A stretch of 64,000 bases of DNA from assembly GCA_040954595.2 (NCBI GenBank), contig CM082576.2, positions 16,663,028 through 16,727,027 on the forward strand, written 5' to 3'. Every line of letters starts with the position of its first letter. Within the stretch, counting starts at the first letter, position 1. The notes under the pieces were generated by a model. The model made no database searches. It was not told where the DNA came from and was given only the letters and a program-made list of their open reading frames with translations. The position numbers were made by a program, and so were the translations under genes. Below, one piece after another: positions 33,957-46,200 of the stretch. This DNA is from Balanoglossus misakiensis. Lineage: Eukaryota; Animalia; Hemichordata.

Positions 33957-36900
33957 ATGACCAATTTCATGTGTCTTAGACACGTGTTAATGGTCACACT
34001 TGCCGGTGTTTTCTTTCTACAAGAAAGCAAACCGACGACGACAACACACAAACGTATCTACAAACATGGAGACATTGTCATTGGAGGAATATTCCCATTT
34101 CATATGCAACTGCACCGAGACGACGGGAGTCTTCAATCCGGTCCCATCAGAGATGTATGTTCCAGGTTCTACCCACGCAGTTATCGCTTTGCGGAAGCCA
34201 TGAAGTTCGCTGTGGAAGAAATCAACAACGATGCCAATTTTGTGCCTGGTCTCACCCTAGGATACGACATTCGGGATAGCTGTGATTCGGTGTCGCCAGC
34301 GGCTGAAGAGGTCATGGAACTCATCCAACCTGCAACTGGAGGCGAGTCCGTGAAAGCGGTAATTGGGGCGGCTCGATCATCGGTTTCTATGGCAGTGAGT
34401 GTTATGCTTGGTATATACAACATACCCATGATTAGCTATTCCTCGAGCAGTCCCCTACTGAGCGACACAATGCAGTACAGGTCCTTTCTGCGAACAATTC
34501 CAAGTGATGTGACCCAGTCGCTAGCCATGGTGGAACTGATTTCTCATTTTGGTTGGGAGTGGATAGCTGCGGTTGGCTCAGACGATGACTACGGTCGCCC
34601 GGGAATACAAGAAGTCGTCGATGGGGTCGAAGAACGCGGCGTCTGTGTGGCTTTTAGAGAACTCATCCCGATGAATAATAATGAAGCAAAAGTCAGGGAA
34701 GTAATCAACATGCTCCAGGAAGACGCGTCCATTAAGGTTGTAGCCACGTTCCTCGCACCAGAGGCAGCAACAGCGTTCCTTAAGGAAGCTTCGCGTCAAG
34801 CCATTACAGGTATAACTTCCATTTGGTCACCTTGGCTAAACTGAGAGGTGAATTCATGAAGACCACACTGCAGTTCCGTCGTGTGAGGTCGTTAAGTAGT
34901 CACTGCCCATCATTGCTGCGGGACAACGCTGATGTATTCAAAGCAGTGCTAGTGCAATTAAACATTTCGTATGTACCATTGGAAACCGGCCAAAAAGTCG
35001 TTGGTTATTAGGGGAGTTAGCGATAAGCAGACTCTAGGCCGCTTTTGTCGTTTTATAGAATTAGTGCAGTCCCCAAAGCAAATTGCATTAGTGTAATAAT
35101 CCGCAAACTGCATTTGGTGTGGGTCTCCGCAGTTTTGGGTGGGTGATGACCCTTCACTGAGCTAGCACCACCTGACATCTGCGTCTCACATTTTATAGGG
35201 TCGACAAATTCTATCACTGACTCCACATAACATTCTATCAGCAATGATATTCAACTTCAGTTTATCTGCTTATTTACAGACCGCATTTGGTTAGCAACTG
35301 AAACATGGTCCGATAACACTTATGTTGCCGATGGTGTGTACGATCTCATGGAGGGGACTATAGGTGTAGTTTTGCCCCATGGTCACATTCCAGGCTTCAG
35401 TGATTATTTGAAAAGTCTGTCACCATTCAAGGCCGAGCACAGGAATCCATTCCTTGAGAAGTTATGGCTGGAAGAATTTGGATGTGCGATGCCGATGCAT
35501 AACACTAGCGGCGCTACGCAGGCAATGCATTATGCAAATGAGGGACTTGGTGTTTTCGTCAATTCAACCACTGAAACTGTGACAGAAAAAGTAACGGGTG
35601 AAGAAGACCCCGCGACGTCACACAACTCAGCGACAGTTGATTACAGATCCCCAAGTGAGTCTAATGGTCAAACGTCCGAGTTAACGACAGTACCATTGGC
35701 CGAGGACAGTCTCCCAACATGCACCGATGATCACAGATTCAACGAAACAAGATCTTACAAAAGTGACAATTACAGGGTGTCGTACAATGTGTACCTAGCT
35801 GTTTCCGCTATTGGCCATGCCATTGATAACATCATAAGATGTAGGGAACCACACGGTCTCCTAGAAAATGGAACTTGCCCTGACGTCACAGACCTGCAAC
35901 CATGGCAATTGTTGAAATATATCCAGGAGGTCAAGTTCAATGGAAGTGATGGGAAATACTACGACTTAAACAACAACGAAGGGGGCAAAGGTCGATATGA
36001 AATTAACAACTGGAAAAATGCAACGACTGATGGTATTGACTTGGTCACTGTTGGTCTATTCGATGGTTCGGCTGAAGTAAACAAACTCAAGTTAACAAGC
36101 AATGCTATTCGGTGGCACAATGGTAGCAACCAGGTATGGATGTTATTAGATTGAATTGGTAGTAAAGCTTGCCAAATGCAAAAATATATCATTGATGATA
36201 GGAAACTGAATATTCAAACTGAAGTAATCAATATACCTTATGTCATTGACTTGGACAAGTACAGTGTCCAGGATCCTTTCGGACATCTTCCCTCAAGAGA
36301 ACACTAATCATATTCTGTCTGTAATAAATCGCTATATACTGGGGTTCAGAACACACTGGAAAGTCTCTTTCCATAATTCCACTCATAAGCGCTGATGCAG
36401 CCTTTTTTCAAATCACAGGTACCAGTTTCAGTCTGCTCCGCCCCATGCCCTCTTGGAACACGGAAGGCAAATCAAGATGGCAGACCACTCTGTTGTTTTC
36501 AGTGCGTGCCGTGTGCAGAAGGGGAAATCAATGACATCACAGGTAATACTGAACACCTATTGCCTGGCCATGAGGGCCATAGCAGCCGTTTATTACACCC
36601 GATCGGGGCTGTGAGTTACCAGAATCATATGCCGAGGGAAATAGCATATGATTCTGGTAACTCACAGCCACGAGGGGGTAAAAACGGCTGCTATGGCCCG
36701 AATATAGGCCAGGCTATAGGTGTTTTATAATACACCTCATGCTAAAATCTTGCAATTTTCTCTTGAGGTTGGCAGACGACATCTTCAGCGGTGGCCATTT
36801 TGTCAGACGACGCGACGGTGGTCACGTGACAGGTTTATATTTTTTCTGCTATTTCCCTGCAGGGATTCATAGTCGATTCTATTTTTCTATCACGCGACGG

Positions 36901-39432
36901 ATTCTGGCGAATCACGGCACAGTATTAGCATGAGGTATATTACAAACGGAAATAACACATGAAGACGTATATCATTTTTATTTATGGTCAACAGAAATGG
37001 TTTTCTCAGAACGACTTGAACAGAATAATAATTAACAAGTGACCTATCGGTCAAAAGAGCTCTGCTGACTTTAACAGTGAAACCTATAGCTGGGCAATGA
37101 TATGAATACCCTAGGTTTTAATCATAACAATTGTATTCTATTAAACAAAACCAAACATAGACATCACAAGTATTGAATATCCACATTCAGCTTGATTCAT
37201 TGTGCTAAAGAAAGAAAGAATTTATTCCTAACGAACAACATCAAAAGGAAGCACCAAGGTTCTAATTTGCATATTCATGACCCCATCAAAATTCCAATTA
37301 ACAAAATCAGGTAGAGGGGCACGATAACTCACATTCCTACCAAATTTCAGCTCTATCGTACATGTATTTAGGGAGAAGATTTTTTTACCAAAAATTCTAT
37401 TTTTAGATCTAATTTGCATATTTATGACCCCATCATATCCAAATTAACAAAATCAGGTAGGGGCACCATAACACACATTCCTACTAAATTTCAGCTCCAT
37501 CGTACATGTAGTTAGGGAGAAGAAGATTTTTGACCAAAAATTCTATTTTTAGATCTAATTTGCATATTTATGACCCCATCAAATCCAAATTAACAAAATC
37601 AGGTAGGGACACTATAACACACATTCCTACCAAATTTCAGCTCCATCGTACATATAGTTAGGGAGAACAAGATTTTTTACCAAAAAATCTATTTTTAGAT
37701 CAAATTTGCATATTCATGACCCGATCATATCCAAATTTATAAAATCAGGTAGGGGCACCATAACACACATTCCTACCAAATTTCAGCTCCATCGTACATG
37801 TAGTTAGGGAGAAGAACATTTTTGACCAAAAATTCTATTTTTAGATCTAATTTGCATATTTATGACCCCATCAAATCCAAATTTACAAAATAAGGTAGGG
37901 GCACCATAACACACATTCCTACCAAATTTCAGCTCCATTGTACATGTAGTTATGGAGAAGAAGATTTTTGACCAAAAATTCTATTTTTAGATCTAATTTG
38001 CATATTCATGACCCAATCAAATCCAAATTTACAAAATCAGGTAGGGGCACCATAACACACATTCCTACCAAATTTCAGCTAAATATGCCATGTCGTTTTA
38101 AAGAAGAAGATTGAAATACCAAAAGTTGACGGACGACGGACGACGGACGATGGACGACGGACGGACACTTATCAACCTACTGCTACAGCTCGACTGACAC
38201 AAGTGACAGCCGAGCTAAAAACTAATAGATATGAAAAAAAGCGAAGACTTTGTTCATTTATTAATAAGATAATTCAATAATCATGATCATGATACACACA
38301 TTCGCTATTATTTTACTGTGTAGGTGCCGAATTATGCGTCCCGTGTCCAACTGGTTACTGGCCAAACGAAGACAAGACTGTTTGCGTGGAGAAGACTGTT
38401 GACTACTTAGAATGGACTGAACCTATGGGGATTGTTTTGGAAGTTCTCGTCATCACAGGAATTGCTCTCACTCTCCTGTGCACAGGGGCGTTTCTCTATC
38501 ACAGAGATACACCAATCATCAAAGCTTGCAATCGTGAACTAAGCTATGTCATGTTCTTCTTTCTGTTCTGTTGTTATTTGAGCTGTTTTGCATATTTGGG
38601 TTCACCAACTGACATTCACTGCGCACTCCAAATCGTCAATGGCATTGCATACACTGGCTGCGTTGCTGTAATATTTGTCAGAACACAACAACTTGTGCAC
38701 ATTTTCAACGTCCCGCTAGCTTCCTCAGTGAAGCAATCAAGATTCGCTCGTGCTAGATATCACTTTCTCATTGTATTCATATTTTTGCTCATTCACATTG
38801 CCCTGGTCGTCACAACATACGTGATAGGGCCACCTATAGTCGAAAGAAGTAACGAGATTTCAAAGACTAAAACCTTCGTGCAGTGTAAGGAAACCTCCTT
38901 ACCTCTCGGTCTGACAAGAAGTATCTATACTTGGGTCTTAACTGGAGTTTGTTTGATTCTTGCATTTCGGGCCAGAAAGCTTCCAAGTAACTTCAACGAA
39001 GCAAAGTTCATAACTTTTGCTATGTTCATGTATTTTAGTGTTTGGTCGATTTATTACCCAGTGTCTTTTTGGACGCATGGTAAACTGAAGTCCGTGTCGC
39101 AAGCTATAGTCATGTTCGTGTCCACCACGTGTTTGCTCGTGTGCATCTATATACCAAAGATGTACGTCGTCTTTTTCAAGCCAGAAATGAACACAAAGGA
39201 AAGAATCCGACGCGATATCACAAAATTCACCGAGAAACAAACATCACGACCTGTTGACTCAGAAATGAATAAACAAGACGGCCCCACAACAACAACCGTA
39301 GGTATCGAAAGTGTTCAAAGGGCGGCAGCCGGGAAGGGTGACAATTTAGCGACAGATGAACCGGGTGAAGTTTACAGTGGCAGGGATGCACCTCACGCGG
39401 ATATTATTTTAAACGACGAACGCACAGTATAA
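33957..39432 (+). CDS. class C GPCR (CaSR/GPRC6A/V2R-like), copy C, 979 aa, intact
   Basis: Exons 33957-34809, 35280-36133, 36419-36542, 38324-39432; same sizes and phases as copy A. Intron 3 is enlarged by two TE inserts. Confidence 0.92.
36545..36943. mobile_element. double-hairpin non-autonomous element in intron 3 of copy C
   Basis: Palindrome ~36552-36724, then 36725-36745 pairing with ~36924-36943. Absent in A and B. A partial inverted copy lies at ~40332-40445. Confidence 0.75.
37034..38219 (-). mobile_element. Helentron-associated non-autonomous element (HINE/Pearl-like) with an internal ~146-bp tandem array
   Basis: TTTTTAGCTC end with a short inverted repeat, (CCGT/CGT)n microsatellite, about 6 units of 146-147 bp (37261-38110), and a terminal TGACC..GGTCA hairpin followed by CTTGTT. 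Absent in A and B. Confidence 0.8.
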
Positions 39433-39636
39433 TCTGAAATCCTCTATAGCCGGCAGCGACAGTAATATGTATCAGAGAATGATTTAAATTTAAAATATCA
39501 ATAATCCTTTGATTTTAAGAATACGAGGTAAGAAATTCACTTTTTGAGACAAACATTTCTCTGTTAATTATCGAACTCAGAATTCCCTAAAACCATATAT
39601 TTTTTGAAGCTTAGATATAGGAGAGCATTATTGTTA

Positions 39637-39950
39637 ATTATATTATACCAGTATATTGATGGTGTAAATCACGCTATTTGATTAATCGAGACACGACACG
39701 TGACCGTGATATATTAGCCATATACCACAGTCATATATCATAGTCAAAGAGAATGCCTTTTTAAAATGTTTTATGCAAAGTTTCAATATACTGGCATAAT
39801 ATAATAGCAATAAAACACCCCCAGCCATGGTATACCACTCGATTTTGACCAGTTCAACTCCACATACGCACTCGCTATCGCTCGTGCGTATATGTCGTGA
39901 ACTGGTCAAAATCTCGTGGTATACCATGGCTGGGGGTGTTTTATTGCTTA
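39637..39950. mobile_element. double-hairpin non-autonomous element inserted at TTAAT
   Basis: Stem 39637-39659/39783-39805 plus palindrome 39806-39948. The empty site TTGTTAATTCAGTC is seen in the A and B flanks. Confidence 0.8.
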
Positions 39951-40475
39951 ATTCAGTCTGACAATTGATTACACAACTTTCACGTGACAAGCAATTTTAA
40001 TTACCTTCCAAAAACCAGTCTTTTCGATGTTTTGTGTTAACGCTTTGAGATATTATTTGAAACGACGAACGCACAGTGTAATCAGATATCCTCAACAGCA
40101 CGCAGCCATAGTAGTATTTAAAATATCAATAATCCTCTTATGTTAAGGATGGTTTAAGGATACGAGATTCACTTTTTGAAATAATCATTTCCCTTTTGTG
40201 TTAACACTTTGAGATATCTGGCTCAAATTTGTGTTAATTCAATCTGTTGTAACTATCATACAAAGCTTGTCTCGGATATTTTTTTAGAGCAACTGGCTCA
40301 TTTTTATGACGCGAAAGCAGTGAATAACCCCTATTATAATATACCTCATGCTAATACTGTGATATCGTCACGTGATAGGAAATAGAATCGACTATGGATC
40401 CCTCGGGGAAATAGCAGAAAAATATAAACCGGTCACGTGACCAACGTGAGTTCACAGACTCGGGTCACGTCAATC

Positions 40476-40825
40476 ACAGGGGGCTCTCCCTCCGCGATTT
40501 TATTGTTTGTTTGTTGTTATCATTATTGATTGGCATAATAAATAAGTATGGTCACGTTTGTTTGTTGACACGTTAGGTATATTCAACGGTCAGGGTTAGG
40601 GTGTATTAAACGATTAGAGTAAGTGTTGGCATTTTTTCGATCCACGGCATTGTTGTTACTGATTGGCATAATAAATAAATATGGTAACGTTTGTTTGTTG
40701 ACATGTTAGGTATATTCAACGGTCAGGGTTAGGGTGTATTAAATGGTTAGAGTAAGCGTTGGCATTGTTTCGAACCACAGCACTATGCCATGGAAAAAAT
40801 GCCAACACTTACTCTAACCGTTATG
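40476..40825. repeat. dispersed repeat with two ~130-bp tandem units and a short inverted copy
   Basis: Same family as 31590-31770. Confidence 0.7.
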
Positions 40826-42225
40826 TCAGTTTGCCTCGGTAACTGTAGATAAATTTGCATAGGTGACTGTATACCTTTAATCAAGGCGCCAACTTCTGAA
40901 CTCATGTTTATGTTGATAGTACATGTACATGTATTAGACCAATAACTTTGCTGTGAGCTTCCAACATTTAGGGGCATCAGGCAACTAGGATCTCAGCCAA
41001 ATATTGAAATAGCTTATATTCAGCGACAAGGTCATTACGAAAGGATCAAACACTTCAACAACTGTCAAAATAAGAAGGCCTTCATCAACACCTCAACAAT
41101 TGAGGTGATACGTGCAGCAGTTTTCAAGTATTGGATGTGGGAGGACATACAGACATACATACAGACGCAACCGATCCCATAAGGTCTCACTGGTATACAT
41201 ATACCAAATGGGACCTTAAAACGATCTCTGGTGAGAGTACTTCTTCACTCTCAACTCTGCTGGCTATTTACTGGAGTTCAAAGTTTTTTTGAAATATTTT
41301 TCTATACATTTGCATATGGTTTGCATTCCATTTGAGAAAAAAATGAAGTGTAAAATATGATGAACACGCCAATGATACAATCTTTACCATATTGTTGACA
41401 TCATTTCCAACGAGTTATACATGGCTAACATGACAGTCTTCCAGAGAATTTGTGGGAATAGGCAACAGTTATCAAAGAGTGTTTACAAAGCTTGGGAAGG
41501 GCGTTTCACAATCGGAATATGAAGCAGTATGGGGGGGGGGGGTAAAAACTGTGGGTGGGCTGGGGGGGACATGATTCAAGTGGTATTGGGATTTGCAGGG
41601 AAAGGGGGTGTCAGGGAGATTCCATGAATGAGGGGGAAAATGGAGAGGAAACAAATACTTGAAGGGAAGAGGGGAAGGAACTCATTGGTCAAATACTAGC
41701 CTTGTGGCGGTAACCTTGTTGGTAACAACCACCCAGTCAAGGACTGACACAGGATTTGTAGACAAAAGGGAAATTTACAGATTTTGGCGATATTTACTGT
41801 AACATGGAAATAAAGCTTACAAAGGGATACATTGACATCACCCAAATCTGTATAAAAATGTTTCTCGCACTCTCCTGAAAAGTTAAGACAATTTGATGAA
41901 TAATTTACTATGTCAATGTTGCCAGAAGCTATCTGGACAATTTCTCACATTGAAAATGCGTGTTTCCAAAAAAATACCAAATCACCTTAACCCTTTGAAC
42001 GCTGACCAACTGGTGACTTTGACAAGGGTTTACAATGTTATTTTTTTCAGTGGTACAGTTGGACCTGTACAGATAGAAGTTTTACACTAGACAAAAAGTC
42101 ACCTGATTTCATGGCGTGGAAAATTTTCCAGAGTTTATTTGGCTGAGAACTTTCTTCTCGCAATATATTCAAAGAACATGTATTTACAAATAGTTGGAAA
42201 TGTAAGACTTCAAAATGAATAAATG

Positions 42226-42403
42226 GTAGAGACCGATTATTCATTTTGGCAAGTTTTTCACTCTCGTGTCTGCAAGTGGGAAGGAAGATGTGTGTGGCTG
42301 AACATTGATTAACTATATATCCACATGTACATTAACATAAACGGTGTTTTGTAGCAAACATAATTAATGGAAAAGGGGCAGCGAGAGAGAGACTTTATCC
42401 CTA
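42226..42403. repeat. interspersed repeat (second copy ~55541-55721)
   Basis: Shared GTAGAGACCGATTATTCATTTTG..GCAGCGAGAGAGAGACTTT. Confidence 0.7.
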
Positions 42404-43286
42404 GGAATCCTATGGAAATTTAGCTACAGTTACCATGGCAAATTGAGATCTAGCCAATCACAAATTTTCAGAGGCTGGCACACGCAATAAAAAGCGCCAC
42501 CATATGTTCTTTAGAACACTCAGATATGCCAGTTTTTGCCATCTATTGCCAAAAAACACTGAAATTCACACAGGCTAATGCCTATGCATGTACAGACGAA
42601 CACTGTTGCGTTATGAATTGAACTTCACTATCTAAACAATTCAATCATTTCACAGATTATATGTTGTGGAGATTTATTCTGGTTATTCGCGATTGTGTGT
42701 AATATAATATAATATAATTATTATAGTAGTAATGTGTTATATAACATTTCATAGTCATAGTATGTGATATTGATGTCCAGTTCACATCCTTTGAGTTTGT
42801 GGTGGTAGGTTTTGTACGGATCCTAGTAAATATACACATACAACAATATTGAAATCATCTGTTATCAGTAGCAAACACCTATTAAATTTTATTTCATGTA
42901 TATTTCATGCATAAGAATCCTTTATAGTTTTTGGTATCTGTAGTCAGAAGGCTGAATTTTCTAACTGCATATTTTGACCAAATCACTCGGTCTTCACCAG
43001 CTTTTGGCATGTGCCAAAAGAGATCATGGCAATGAAACAATCATCCATACATGACAAATCCTGAACAAGCCTAATAGGTACATGTACACAGCATTTTTAG
43101 TTGTAATAACCCATCAGGTATTTCAAAATGCACAACATCAAAGTAGGAATAATTTACACTTGAATTTTGACTGTTGATACAATGCTAAACATACATAAGT
43201 ACAACTGTGTAAACACGACTGAACTGTAAATAACCCTATAGCATTCTCTGTTATCTACTGCAGTAAGCTTTATCTAAAATTCAGAC

Positions 43287-46200
43287 TTAAGTTGAGCTCT
43301 CCAAGTCTGTCATTATGTCAGTGGTAACTTGGTCCAATAGATGATGGGTTTCCAAATACATCTGTGGATAAAAAGAGAATAGTGTTAAAGTGTGTGTGTG
43401 TATGTGTACAAAAACTGTAGCGTCTTCACTCAATAACACATTGTCATATAAGAAAATGACATATGACACATGCTGAGTTGAAATGATTTTAGTTCAATGG
43501 AATAAAAATCTATAATTCCAGCTAAATTTATCTAATCAACTAGATTTGTACAATGCATAGTGCTTTTTTAGTTTGAGTCGGCTTGGTGTTGCTCACCAAC
43601 CCACCCATACATCTAATCTATCCTGCCTACTGACTACTCTACAGACAAAATTGATGCCTATAGCAGTCGTGCCAAAATGATCACTTAATCACATTTAATT
43701 GTATGACTATGAAATTCCAAATAGCGCAACATTTCTTTGTGTTCTATAGTGATAAAATAAACGTCTTCGTCTGTACCGCATTCCGCACTTGTAAATTTTG
43801 TAACAATTTAACCAAAACCAGCAAATTCATGGTTTCACTGAGCAGAACAAAGTGAAAAAGCCTACGGCAATTTAGAAAGTGCTGGCCTGTATACAAAAAA
43901 AATCTTGTACAGATTGAGGAGTCCAAGCTATCGGAAGAATCCAAAACACTTGGTTGCAGTAACTGTGTTGGTTGCTCTTAAAAGTTCAGAGTATACTATT
44001 GTCGGAGACCACACACGGCATATTATAGACTCCGCCCACAATTTGTCTATCAGACATGTAATTCCTTTATCAGACATGTAATTCCTTCAGACATGTTATT
44101 TCCTTATTTGCTGCCTGTGTGACGCCGGTCACCAAACCTATTGTACCAGGTGTGAATGCCAAAGTTCACCACACTGTATATAAACCGCAGAGTTTGTGAT
44201 AATAAATTAGACTTGAATTTGGTATTGAAACTCACGCATCTAGTCTCACTTCCCGGCCATTCGTCCCTCTCCACTCCCTGAACCCTTCCCAAAGTGTACG
44301 CCGTACATTTTATGGTGCCGAGACCAGGATGGAGAAGGACAAGCGTAGCAGAAGGGGCCACCGCAGTCAGATGACGAAACTCATTGTCAAGGCGGGAAAC
44401 ATCACCTCGACCGAGACACCGCTGGAAAAGGACCAACTCGCGGTCCTGGAAGCGACCCTTGACAATATCACCGAGAGGCTAGAACAGCTCAAAGTTCTCG
44501 ACGAAAGGATTCTCGACGAGGTCGATGATGACAATTTCGACGAAGAGTACGCAGCGGCCGACGACTACCGCATAGAAATCTACGACCAGCTGGTGAAGTT
44601 TAAGAAGTTTTTACAAGAACAGTCTTCACCACCATCAAACCAGGCCGGTCCACCCCTAGGAAGCAGCCAAGTAAGTCTATCTTCTGTATCGAGTCAGCCG
44701 TCTAGAAAGGTAAATCTACCGAAGCTGACACTAGCCCCATTTAGCGGGGACGTTCTCACCTGGCAAAGCTTCAGGGATGGGTTTGACGCTGCCGTCCACG
44801 ACGACACGAGTATAGACGATGTCCAAAAATTCCAATATTTGAGGGCACATCTTCGTGGCGAAGCAGCGCGCAAAATCCAGAACTTGCCGTTGACTAGAGA
44901 TCACTACCACGAAGCATTAGATTTGCTGACCAAGAGCTATGGCCGACCACAAAAAATCATAAGTGCATATATGAAGGCACTGTGGCAGCTTGAAAAACCG
45001 ACTGGAACACTGAACAGTATGATAATTTTTCATGACAACATGGAAAGTTACATACGAGGGCTAAATGCTCTCGGCAAATCCGACGACAACTTCGGAGATC
45101 TGCTGATTCCAATCATCCTCGAGAAACTACCGGCCAATATACGAAGACAAATCTCTAGAGATCAAGGTGAAGAAGAGTGGACGTTGAAAGGTCTGAGAGA
45201 AGCGATTCGACGCGAAATCGAAGCTGATAGAGCCGGTCAACCGACCGAAGACCTCGACATCCACACCGAGCATCTGCCAGCCACTGCCGCGTTTGTCACA
45301 ACGACCCACCAGAAACCCATGAGACCAGCACAGTGTGCATTCTGCAAGAGAAGCGGTCACAGACCTACGGAATGTCAGGTGGTTACCGACAAACGCAGAC
45401 GACTTGAAATCGTCAAAAGGGACAGACTCTGCTATAACTGCCTCGGCAATCATCGCGTTTCAGACTGTAAATCCAAGTTCAAGTGTCAAGTCTGTAAACG
45501 CAAACACCACACTACGATTTGTATGGTAGAGACACCAAGGCAGCCAGCGACACCGAGGGAAGATGTCCACACGTTCGTGTCATCCGATACCAGCCAGAAG
45601 TCTCCGGTGCTCCTGAAGACTGCAGTAGCGGACGTCAGCGCCAAGGGTTCCAGAGCATCAGAACCAGCGACGCTGTTGTTCGACGACGGTTCCCAAAGAA
45701 CTTTCATCACTGAACCTACGGCGAGAACGATCGGCATCAACGTCGACAGGTGCGAATCCGAAGTGATCAACGTATCTACGCTTGGGGCGAAATCTACTGG
45801 ATTGCGGTCTCTGAAGGTTACAGACGTGACGGTAATTATACCCAATAATTCTAATGTCAGTATACGTGCGTTGATTGTTCCTCAAATCACAACACCATTG
45901 AGAAATTATTTCCAACCGAGTGTTAGTCTTGCCAGATTGCCATATTTGCAAGGTTTAGAGTTAGCTCATCCTGTGTCTGATATTCATGATTTTGAGATTT
46001 CCATTTTAGTAGGGGCTGACTTCTACTATTCTTTTGTGGGTGATCATATTGTTCGTGGCAAGGGACCAACGGCCGTGTCTTCCAAGTTGGGATATTTGCT
46101 ATCTGGGCCCCTGTTGTCGCAAAGTGCGAATCCCTGCCCCGCCTCCACTGTAATGCATGTCGCCACGCACACCTCAAATGAGGATCACCTCCTCCAAAAG

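Noticed and set aside
8072-40300. Gene-conversion mosaicism among the GPCR copies
   Set aside because: The differences seen fit a simple (A,(B,C)) history plus private changes; I found no clear conversion tract by eye.
41530-41680. G-rich tract as a functional G-quadruplex or telomeric element
   Set aside because: Irregular low-complexity G runs with no supporting context.
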